64,000 bases of DNA from Octopus vulgaris (taxonomy: Eukaryota), in assembly GCA_951406725.2 (NCBI GenBank), contig OX597816.1, positions 124,248,001 through 124,312,000 of the forward strand. The letters are read 5' to 3'. Position numbers and translations under genes: made by a program. This document shows positions 53,766 through 64,000 of the stretch, piece after piece (the first letter of the stretch is position 1; the number at the start of each line of letters is the position of its first letter). Under the pieces are notes generated by a model that did not search any database, was not told where the DNA came from, and saw only the letters and a list, made by a program, of their open reading frames with translations.

Positions 53766-54427
53766 TGGATTTTGTTTCAATCCTGTGTTGAGATTTCATC
53801 CCTCTGTACCTTTATATATTGTTCGAGATACACTGCTTATAAACCCACTGTCTTTATGGGTTTTAGAACTCCAGATAGACCAGTTTGCCTACATAATGCC
53901 TTTTTGGAATCTATTTCAAATAAAGGTTATTGGTTTATTATCAGTGCATTATTACAATGCTCTATAGTTCTACAAAATCTATAGACTTTTAGCCAGCACT
54001 GTGTATAGACAATTTGCATGTATAATAGAGCCTTGGCATTCTTGGATATGCTAATTTGCATATATAATGCATTATTGGTAAAACAATGCTAAAGCGCCAG
54101 TAATTTATTAATCAAAGTAGCTGCCAAGAATGTATGAGGTATGCAAATTGATTCGTCCATTTCCCTTAAGCCATCAATAACAATGAGTTAATAAGCAATA
54201 CATCCACGGCTATTTAGAAATGGTGGTCATTTCAGATGAAATCCCATCACAGAACTGAAAATAATCTGGCTAATCCTTTTTTAATATTGTCCATGTTGTA
54301 AGAAGTATTATAAAGGCAACTTGTTTCCATCTGTGTACAGTCACAGTTTTGGGAAAACCTATGTTCTATAGTAGTGTAGCTAGGTCATCATTGAAGCAAT
54401 GCCCTATTAACATGCCAATAACATATA

Positions 54428-54493
<66 letters not shown>

Positions 54494-54496
<3 letters not shown>

Positions 54497-54890
54497 AGAT
54501 AGGGGTTGTAAGTGCAACCCTCCATGGGATAACATATATCCAATATACTGCTAGTGAAGCACCCAACAAAGTTAATACATAAATGTTAAGAACTGCGATG
54601 CAGTTAATTCATTTACTGTATTATATGAGCAAAGGTAAAATGTTTTACCACAAATTAATAATAAAAAATAAGAAAATGGAGAAATACATCTTAATCAATA
54701 ATCAACTACTAGATAATACCCAATCACATAATTTATTAAACCACTACATATGAACATTAAGGTCAAACATAATATAGAACAAAACAATGTACATGAAAGA
54801 GTAATATGATACAATAAGTACAGTATGTATAAGTGAATATAAATAAATACAAATATAAATATAAACTACATCTTACAGCTGTTTCAGAAT
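54494..54890 (-). mobile_element. Penelope-like non-coding repeat, copy 1 (ends inside the hammerhead)
   Basis: GAGATAGGGGTTG..CAACCC.CCATGGGATAA.ATATATCCAATATACTGC matches 62638-62693; ends in TACAGCTGTTTC. Penelope assignment is inferred from the ribozyme motif. Confidence 0.7.
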
Positions 54891-55289
54891 ACCATTAAAG
54901 CTAGAAACTTTTCAGTACCCTGTCATACATATGTGTGTGCACGTGCATGTGTGCGTGTGTGTATGCATGTGTATTGTACTATTATTTGTGGAATCAGCAT
55001 AAAAAGTATTCCATCAAGTGAGAGATAAATATCATTTAGTAAAAGCATGATTTAAATATGAGCCTCTATAAATTTCATGCCCCTGATAATACAATAGTCA
55101 GAAAAGTTTGTATGATGCACCATGTATTTCCAGCAATCATTCAAGCTCATTTGTCTACTTTATATTACAAAAAGCATGAAATATCTAAATCCTATGTCTA
55201 GTAAATGATATACTAACATATCTGATCTATCTATCTATCAATCTGTGTCTCTATTTATGTTTATCTCTCTCTCTCTTACTCACACTCTC

Positions 55290-55331
<42 letters not shown>

Positions 55332-55354
55332 TACACACACACATATACATTTAT

Positions 55355-55835
55355 ATCATCATCATCATCATTTAACGTCTGCTAGCATGGGTTGGACGGT
55401 TCAACTGGGGTCTGGGAGGCCAGAAGGCTGCACCAAGCCCAGTCTGATCTGGCAGTGTTTCTACAGCTGGATGCCCTTCCTAATGCCAACAACTCTGTGA
55501 GTGTAGTGGGTGATTTTTAAGTGCCACTGGCACAGGTGCCTGACGAGGCTGGCAATGGCCACGGTCGGATGGTGCTTTTTACGTGCCACCGGCACAGAAG
55601 CCAGTCAGGGCAACGCTATCTACGGCCACGTTCGGATGGTTCTCTTATGTGCTACCGGCACTGGTATCACAGCTACAAATTCCACTGATGTTGATAGATT
55701 ACGATTTTGATTTCGATTTTTGATTTTTTGATTTTCACTTGCCTCAACAGGTCTTCACAAGTGGAATTTTGTGTCCCCAGAAGGAAAGGAACGCATAAGT
55801 GGGCTGGCTACATCCCAGGTAGAGGCCACGGGATT
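55355..55835 (-). mobile_element. RTE 3' UTR copy
   Basis: Colinear with 52285-52695 and 29255-29700. Confidence 0.9.
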
Positions 55836-55992
55836 ACACATGCATATATATATATCTATATGTATATACATGTATATATATGTATGTATATATGTGTATA
55901 TATATATTTATATATCTATGTATAGATATGTATATATATAAGTACACACCAATATATGTATAAATCTATGTATATATATTTGTATACATATA

Positions 55993-56400
55993 CAAAATAA
56001 GAAAATGGAGAAATACATCTAAATCAAATATCAATTACCAGATAATACTCAATCACATACTTTATTAAACCACCACATAAGAAACTATAGGGTTAAACAT
56101 AAAAAAGTAGAGCAAAACAGTGTACATAAAAGAGTATACATAAAAAAGTGTACATAAAAGAGTAATGTTATACAATAAGTAGAATACATATAAGAGAATA
56201 TAAATATAAGTAAATATAAATATAAATATAGATTACACCTTACAGCTGTTTCGGCCTTGTAGATAAGTATGTCTCATTTTACTCATATTAGCCTTTTATG
56301 GTAGGTCAATATGTAGTTATAAATGAGACATTTACAAAAATATCATAAGGCCTCTTCGGAGATTATGTGATATAAATCAGTCTATATATATATACCTATA
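55993..56400 (-). mobile_element. Penelope-like non-coding repeat, copy 2
   Basis: AAAATAAGAAAATGGAGAAATACATCT..CAATCACATA.TTTATTAAACCAC matches 54665-54886; continues through a full hammerhead motif. Confidence 0.75.
56237..56363 (-). ncRNA. Type-I hammerhead ribozyme motif with extended stem II
   Basis: Minus strand AUCU-CCGAAGA-GGCCUU[long structured insert]AAGGCC-GAAA-CAGCUG-UA-AGGU; U4C core variant, palindromic stem III, GUA cleavage triplet. Confidence 0.75.
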
Positions 56401-57264
56401 TGGGTGCGGGTACATACCCATAATACATCATATACATATACATATGAGTACATATACTCACACTCCTATACACATAAATACATACATATACATAATGATA
56501 TAAATAATATAAATTAGTAAACATACATATGTTCCACATTCAATGTTACAGTTTTTCAACTTAATATTGTGATAATAAACATACACATATTAATACTGTG
56601 ACAATAAACATACACATATTAATACCTAAATGCAGATATACAGAATCAATAGTACATTATATTAATTCCTACTAATTTCTAAAGTGTCATTAAAGTTAGC
56701 ATCATTATCATTGTCAATACCATTAATGCTACCAATATCATCATTCATATTATTATTAATAACGCTAATACTAGAAAAACAATTTATAGATTCCATTATT
56801 AGCAATATAGTCACAATAGTACTACAATACCATGTAAAGTGTTAAATATCCGCATATACATACGAAGTATGAAGTACAAGCATTCTGTTTAGACTACGTA
56901 AGGATCCATAGTTGCACATATGTACGTCCGAGGGTTTGTATGTATATATGTATATATAAATGTATGTATGTATATGTACATATGTATGTGGTGAGGTCAG
57001 CAAATATAAACACTATGCAATATAAAGTGTTCTGTACTTTTCAATGCACTTTTTTGTTAAACTTCTGTGCAACTTTTCAATCACTCCATGTGCCATAGCA
57101 ATTTCACTTGTTTCCTTCACAACTTCTGATGTAAAAGATCTGCTTTGGGCTATGGGTAATAATCTAAGTCTTTGAATACAATAAAAAAAAATTATAGCAT
57201 ACATATCTATTATACATTATACAAATCTTGCTATTCATGTATCTGCAAGAGCCTGCAAAGTAAA

Positions 57265-57289
57265 AATAATAATAATGATAATAATAATG

Positions 57290-57326
<37 letters not shown>

Positions 57327-57337
57327 TAATAATAATA

Positions 57338-57385
<48 letters not shown>

Positions 57386-57403
57386 TTGCTGATGATGATG
57401 TTG

Positions 57404-57432
<29 letters not shown>
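57265..57432. repeat. (AAT)n-(GAT)n-(AAT)n microsatellite
   Basis: Direct. Confidence 0.97.
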
Positions 57433-57434
<2 letters not shown>

Positions 57435-58311
57435 TAAATAGATAAATGTCTTTCAAAGAGAAGTTGTATAAGAGACCAAAATACTGTGTGAATGAAAGTG
57501 CCAAATATCAAAATCTATTACAATCAAGAGAGAAGAAGCAAATGAGAGAGAGAGAGAGGGAAGGAGCGATAAAGAAAGAGAGAGAAGGAGTGATGAAGTG
57601 ATTGGTGGCGTGAGGCAGAGACAATGAGAGATTATGAACCATAGAATGAAAGAGAATCACGGCCTCGATATTGTTACTTAACCAACTTCAAAAAGCAGCC
57701 AAAAATCTCCTTAGGACCCCACCAACTATCCAAAAACAGAAAAATAAATATAAAAAAACGTAAAAGAAAGAAAAATGAAGCATTGCTTGATGTTTTCCTA
57801 AATATACTGTGTCAATACCTAAAAACAATCAAAGATCTGCATCTTCAGAGCTGACTTGGAGCTAAACAAGTACAACTACAAGACCATGAGTGATATTAAC
57901 AATTAAGAGTAAATAAAGCAACTTTTACATAGTCACCTGACTTTATAATCTGTCTTTCTAATCTCCCTTTAAATAACACATTGAATAATGTAGAGCTAAA
58001 TAGATTGAGATGGCTATAACTTAAATGTCGTTTGTCATAAGTCTAACAGATCAAGGTTACACAATAACAAATGGGAAATTAATGTAAGAATGAAAAAGAG
58101 AGGAGGAAAGTGAGATAGTGAATAAGAGAGAAAGTGTGTGTGAGAGCGAGAGAGAGAGAATAGAGAAAGAGAGAAAGAGAGAGAGAGAGTAACTGGTGAG
58201 CAAGAAAGAGAAGTAGATTAATTTTCCAGCATGAAAAAAGTATGTTTAATGATTACGATGAAGAAGGAAAGAAAGACACAAAAGAATTACATTAACTCTT
58301 AACTTTCTATA

Positions 58312-58673
58312 TGATACAGTACTACATGGAACTGCACTGGTCAGCCAGTTCAGAAAGGCATGATATCATTAGAATCATACAACCCTTATCCCCTCAGTTA
58401 TTTATATCCTTCTACATGTTGGATATACAGATTTCATGAAGTAGGGATAGACACAACTGTCTTCATACAATGTACTTCAAATTACTCCACTAAACATGAT
58501 ACTCCAGTAAGTATAAACTCTCAACGAACTCAATGTCTTCCTACAACTTCCATGAACTCTCAATGACTCCAACGACTTCTCTCATTCTCAACCAATACAC
58601 TACTCTTTATAAGAGTCCATTCTTCTAATCCCATAGGGGTATCAGTGACTCTCACCACAACAGTACTGTAACA
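58312..58673 (-). mobile_element. Possible solo LTR
   Basis: TG..CA termini with 11/13 inverted match (TGATACAGTACTA / CAGTACTGTAACA); minus-strand TATA-like CTTATAAAGA; no clear TSD. Confidence 0.45.
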
Positions 58674-59314
58674 GAATTATTACAGGATTAGTTCTGCTTA
58701 AAGGATTTTCAACAGAAATTTGTTGCCTTGTTTTGGTGTTACTTCTTCACACAATTATTTGTATTATTTTGAGCAGTTAGATAGGATAGTGATATAAAAA
58801 AAAAAAATTAATAAAAATGTACGTATGGCATAAAATGACATGTGGTAGATGCATAGTTATGTCCCATTACATTCTGGGTTAAATATTACAATGAAAGACT
58901 CATTATCAAAACAGTCTTCATAAATTTTAAAAACTTGTTGGGTTCTCATCACACACACACACACACACACAATTATGGAGTTGAAACATTCAGGTATTGA
59001 TGCTCATCTAACCTTTTTCTTTTCCCCAATGCTCTCATAAGGCATGAACACACAAGGCTGCCTTGGAAGTCCCCATGGGTCTGGAGGCCTATTGCTAATC
59101 ATTGAATATTATGGTTTGTTATTAACAAATTAATGTAAGGGCCACAATGCATTGCTTTGCCCAGAGCCATTATAGGTCCTGCTTCCATTCCAAAAATATG
59201 TTAAGCTATGAATTTGTGCTTATATTTATGTTTTTACATACATCATCTCATGATACACCTGGAAATATCATCAGTGATATTTCTTGTGATCATTAGGTGC
59301 TTTGGCTCTTTCAA

Positions 59315-59650
59315 CATTTAACACCCTCGCCTAGGTAATCCAGTCAGGGTTGATCAAACTCCAGCTAATGTCCAGTTAGCACTACCCATGGTAGTACCAC
59401 CCTTCTAGGGCTCACACCTTCTGATCCACTGCCACCTAATCTGATCCACTGCCAGCTAACCTGATGGCAACTACCTTTTGGCCCCTGTAATGCCAAGCAG
59501 GCTGTAAGCTCTGTAGAACTGGTCCAGAAATCCTTTGCATTCCACCTCAATACGATCACACTTTGTCTTTCATTGCTTTGACATAATTCCACTACCTCAG
59601 TATATTTCCTTTCCTTGCAACCTCCTCAATGTTGTCCCACCAGGGAAGCC
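59315..59650 (-). mobile_element. Second HERO-like 3' fragment
   Basis: Minus frames PWWDNIEEV, YTEVVELCQSN and EVECKGFLDQFYRAYSLLGITGAKR match the HERO endonuclease C-terminus. Confidence 0.75.
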
Positions 59651-60546
59651 AATTAACTATTAATTCGGAAATAATTTGACAATGATTAATCATGAAATGT
59701 TAATTAAGTTATACCTTATGATAACAGTAAAAGATTTAGTCATTACTTGTACAGCTTTCATATCAGAAAGCGTATCTAACTTTAAATTTCAGATTATTCA
59801 ATATTATTCAAGGCAGTGCCCCAGCATGGCCACAGTCAAATGACTTCAACAAATAAAAGATAAAAGATACGCTGATTAGATTATCATTAATTCATGATAA
59901 TGTCTCATCATAACCAGACAAAAGAAATTTTGTCTGGTTCTTTACCTTTTATGGTATGCAGTGGTTATGTTGCTTTAGTATTATTTATACACATAAAATA
60001 TGTATAGCAAAAGAGGGAGTGCTTTAATTCACATTTCACAAGTAATTATATGTGCAGGTGATTGTGTGTGGGAGGAGGCATATCTGTGTGTGTATATATG
60101 CACAAGTAAATATCTGTGTAAGTATTTGCATATAAGTATGTGCATGTAGATACATATAGTATGGGATCACCTAAGTTCTCCGGTCAATGAGGTGCTTCCC
60201 AAAACCCTTATATTTAATTAACCACATCACATCACTTTGCATGTACTGCATTAGTGACAATGTTGTCTTTACCAACTGATGCTCTTGATAATACTAATGC
60301 ATAATTTGCTTGCTGTTAAATGTGTTTATGGGAAAGTAGATGACAATAGTACTGGAATTAAGTACATCTCTAAAGATATTAACATTCTCATTCTGATATC
60401 ACGAAAGCGAAAATGAATTTGGTGAAAATGTGAAAAGAAAAGAAAAAGAAGGAAAGGAAAAGCACAAATTGCCATTTAAAAATGTGTTTCTTAGAGATTT
60501 ACTCTCCTTAATGCAATAAGGCAAGATACATAAACACATACTCATA

Positions 60547-60584
<38 letters not shown>

Positions 60585-60730
60585 GTAAGTATGGGTGTAT
60601 ATGTGCATGTATACATATACATATATATATTATGTATATAAGTGTATATATATATATGTGTGTGTGTGTGTATGTGTGTGTGTGTATAAACACACACTTA
60701 TATTATACATATATAATATATATATATATG

Positions 60731-61010
60731 TAAAAACTAAATTCACATTCAATAGGGTATATACATACCATTTGCTTTAAACAGTGCCGTCACACCAAAA
60801 CCACCAATTACTCACTATTAAGATACACATGGCCAATGCAATGAACATAACAGAAATATGCTTACCTTGCATGGAATACAGAAGTAAGGGATGTGTATAT
60901 CTCAGGATCAAGCCTGTTTCTGTTATGTTCATTGCAGTGGTTTTGGAGTGATGGCTCTATTTATAGCAAGTGGTATTTATAAACCCTATTGAATCTGAAT
61001 TTAGTTTTTA
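60731..61010. repeat. Long fold-back inverted repeat (MITE-like)
   Basis: TAAAAACTAAATTCACATTCAATAGGGT..CCAAAACCAC[insert]TGCAATGAACATAACAGAAA is mirrored by TTTCTGTTATGTTCATTGCA GTGGTTTTGG..ACCCTATTGAATCTGAATTTAGTTTTTA. Confidence 0.93.
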
Positions 61011-61070
61011 TTTTTACCTGTAAAGGTGTAAACTTCCTAGCCACCTTATAATAATAATAATAATAATAAT

Positions 61071-61508
61071 ATTGTTTATTAATTGACATGAGTATTCCTT
61101 GTGATCACAATATAGCGGCGAAAGAATTTGACAAGATTAGTAAATATAAAGACTTGCTAATAGAAATTGAAAAAATGTGGCATCTCAAGGCAACTACAGT
61201 ACCAGTGATTGTAGGATCTCTAGGAATGATAAAAAAAAAAGGTACTGAAACCTATTTGAAAAGGATTCCAAGCTTACCATCCATACAGGAAGTGCAAAAA
61301 ATCGTATTAACTGGAATGGCTCATGTACTGAGAAGAGCACTATCACTGTGAAAATAACATCCATCCATGAATTTATTTATTAATTTTTAAATACATATTT
61401 TATCTGTGTGTGTAATCTGGGAATGCATACAATGAGCTTCTCTGCCCTAGGTGTATGGAAAACACTCGGTGAGAAACATAAGAAAATTTGAAGAAAGAAG
61501 GAAAAAAC

Positions 61509-61509
<1 letters not shown>
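61071..61509 (+). mobile_element. R4/Dong-like LINE 3' end within (TAA)n
   Basis: CLLIDMSIPCDHNIAAKEFDKISKYKDLLIEIEKMW..VPVIVGSLG..QKIVLTGMAHVLRRALSL* plus 3' UTR; (TAA)n at 61048-61070 and 61510-61556. Confidence 0.92.
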
Positions 61510-61548
<39 letters not shown>

Positions 61549-61556
61549 TAATAATG

Positions 61557-61946
61557 AATGCCCTGATGCAGTACCAGACAGTGGCTTTCCTGGCTTCTGA
61601 TCTTAACTGATTCGAAGTGTTATCATGTACATTGTTTTGTCTTGGTATAAAAGATGGGCTACAGCAAATATTCTGCTCAATACCACAGATTTGCTTGTCA
61701 ATTGTTTTACCTTAACCAGTTGAGCATGTCCCTTAGTGGCTGACGATATGTGCATCTCTGATACCCAGCAGAAGTAGTGGGGGAAGCATCATAGCCATGT
61801 GTTGAAAGGAATTCTTAGAGGTTTGGATAATTCCCGTCTGGAAACATGGGGGGTTCGTTCAACATACTTAAACAATGACCGGTATACTGGGCTTTGTATA
61901 TTTTACCCCAGTGTCACTTTGATGACATGCACTGCTCTCTCACTCA
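61557..61946. mobile_element. Unclassified non-coding element bounded by (TAA)n
   Basis: Sharp-edged, higher-GC block GAATGCCCTGATGCAGTACCAG ... GCACTGCTCTCTCACTCA between (TAA)n arrays; no recognisable ORF. Confidence 0.65.
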
Positions 61947-61966
61947 ATGATAATAATAATAATTAC

Positions 61967-62021
<55 letters not shown>

Positions 62022-62158
62022 GGTAATAATACTTATTTCATTTAAATTATACTGGTTCATGATATCAACCTGTATATAGACATATATATTTATACATTTG
62101 CTAATATATAGGTTGATAGATTATTAGAGATATATACATATATATATATATTTATAAA

Positions 62159-62345
62159 TGAGTGTGAGTCGAAAATTATACATACTCTTGCTTTTTCAAT
62201 GTATTTGCACAAAAGCAGGGGATAAACAAGTACGTTGATTTTGTTTATATAGTCTCCTTCCTTTTTGATAAACTTGGTCCAGCAGTCCACAAACTTGCAT
62301 ATTTCCTCAAAGAAGAAGGTTTGTAGTTGGCTGTGCAACCATTTA
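62159..62345 (-). mobile_element. mariner 3' end remnant
   Basis: KWLHSQLQTFFFEEICKFVDCWTKFIKKEGDYINK plus TIR-like TGAGTGTGAGTCGAAAATTAT. Confidence 0.82.
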
Positions 62346-62394
62346 ATGCTCCGCTTTCTTCCCATCTTCATGGAAATGGTATTGTTTGTTTTAA

Positions 62395-62556
62395 CCTTCA
62401 AATGACGCCACTCCGCTGGCTAGGTGAGCAGGTCAACATTCTCCCCTGATTGAAGGGGATGTTTTGTTCAAAAACATGATGCGCCGCCTAGTCAGAGAAT
62501 CAAACCCTCAATCTAACGATCATGAGTCCAATAGCCTAACCACTTGGCCACATGCC
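62395..62556 (-). mobile_element. SINE family E-like fragment
   Basis: Reverse complement GGCATGTGGCCAAGTGGTTAGG..GGTTTGATTCTC..TTTTTGAACAAAACA. Confidence 0.65.
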
Positions 62557-62559
62557 ATC

Positions 62560-62629
<70 letters not shown>

Positions 62630-62634
<5 letters not shown>

Positions 62635-63110
62635 AATGAGATAGGGGTTGAAAATTCAACCCACCATGGGATAATATATATCCAATATACTGCCAGATAG
62701 GTACCCAACAAGATTAATACATAGATGTTAAAAATTGTCAAACAATCAGTTCATCTATTGTATTATATGGGTAAAGGTAATAATATTACCGTAAATTAAT
62801 ACTACAAAATTAGAGAATGGAGAAACATACTTAAATCAATAAAACATCAACTATCCGATGATACCCAATCAATACTTTAATACACCATTACATATGAGTA
62901 AAGGCATTATACAAAATGAGATATACAGTAATAGTAAAAAGATAAAGAGATATAAGTAAAAAATTTCAAATATAATATGCAATTAAATCAAAACTGACAG
63001 CTGTTTCGGCAGTGAGGGCAGTCATACCTCATTTAACCTCTAAGCCATAAAGGCAGGTATAAATGAGGCATTAACAAGGATGCCCCACGGCCTCTTCAGA
63101 GAATTAAATT
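62630..63110 (-). mobile_element. Penelope-like non-coding repeat, copy 3 (diverged variant)
   Basis: Colinear with 54494-54886 and 55993-56363; abuts (TA)n 62565-62628. Confidence 0.75.
62994..63101 (-). ncRNA. Type-I hammerhead ribozyme motif, canonical core
   Basis: Minus strand CU-CUGAAGA-GGCcGUGGGGCA[...]UGCCCUCACuGCC-GAAA-CAGCUG-UC-AG; perfect CUGANGA and GAAA, GUC triplet, weak stem I. Confidence 0.8.
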
Positions 63111-63332
63111 AAATTTGTTATAATTGGGAAAAATATTATATAACCATATACATATAAATATAAAAATATAAAAATGTAACATATAAAAACTTATACATCA
63201 TAATGCTACACTTATATAATATAATACTCATTGGTACAATAAAGGAAGGTAAACAGAACAAAATAAAACAAAATATATATCAGTGTATATATTAATATTA
63301 ATAAGTACCGATATTATACATATTTGGCTAAT

Positions 63333-63364
<32 letters not shown>

Positions 63365-63457
63365 CTAACACATAGGGAGATGAAAAATAATAATTAAAAC
63401 CATGGTTCAGTTCATAAAATTCTAAAGCTATGAAAGTTAATAAAAATTACTATTAAT

Positions 63458-63506
<49 letters not shown>

Positions 63507-63559
63507 GATACAGTTAAGTTTGCACCAAGTCCATCCTTTCAAGATCGAAATAACTTATA

Positions 63560-63638
<79 letters not shown>

Positions 63639-63746
63639 ATATAATCAGATCAGATGGTTCATATTTATATATTTATTTATATATTACATTTTTATATATA
63701 TATCATATCATTCGGATTAGCGCTTTCTCCCATTCTAGTGGGTTTT

Positions 63747-63784
<38 letters not shown>

Positions 63785-63816
63785 TTTATTTAAAGCAGCA
63801 GAAAATTCAACAAAAT

Positions 63817-63854
63817 CTGTTACTCTGAGTTTCTCGTTGCCGTTTATCAGACAG
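63817..63854 (-). ncRNA. Degenerate minimal hammerhead motif from a different repeat family
   Basis: Minus strand CUGU-CUGAUAA-ACG(GCAA)CGA-GAAA-CUC(A)GAG-UA-ACAG; G8A core change and one stem II mismatch suggest it is inactive. Confidence 0.65.
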
Positions 63855-64000
63855 TTTTTGCTAGAATGGAACCGATATATCAATTCAATCTAGACTCTTA
63901 CAAACGCTACACCTTTAAAAAAATGGACTTGTTTGATTGGCCCTTTAGAAATAACGGTCAATCTTCGAGCGATAAACAAAAAAAGCTCAAAAATATATGT

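Noticed and set aside
53552-53791. Poly-Asp ORF resembling acidic biomineralisation proteins (also 57172-57441)
   Set aside because: Expanded (GAT)n retroposon tail or microsatellite with no signal peptide.
61557-61625. Faint 5S rRNA resemblance on the minus strand
   Set aside because: Only short matches (GATC..GAAGC..GCCTGGT); A and C box spacing is not preserved.

Overview
Very AT-rich, microsatellite-dense eukaryotic DNA. The repeat families (tRNA-headed SINEs, RTE 3' tails, (TA)/(CA)/(TAA)/(ACC) arrays) look like an octopod cephalopod genome; this is my recognition, not a database result. I can support no intact host gene, and most ORF-track entries are translations of simple repeats. 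The window holds decayed or truncated transposons: a pogo/Tc2-like element, two DD37D (maT) elements, mariner remnants, a hAT/Charlie MITE with a perfect 8-bp TSD, two piggyBac-like MITEs, a probable Helitron, HERO and R4/Dong endonuclease fragments, RTE LINEs with a PHD-like insert, Tx1/L1-like LINEs, a possible solo LTR and several SINE families. The most interesting signal is a set of minus-strand type-I hammerhead ribozyme motifs with palindromic stem III (56237-56363, 62994-63101, 63817-63854) in non-coding Penelope-like repeats; two carry a long stem II extension with a compensatory change. Other signals: Dong fragments and a non-coding element embedded in (TAA)n, two long fold-back hairpins, a (TA)n-centred palindrome, a templated insertion, and speculative decayed GPCR-like and Ig/FN3 receptor-like remnants. 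Coordinates of degraded repeats are approximate.
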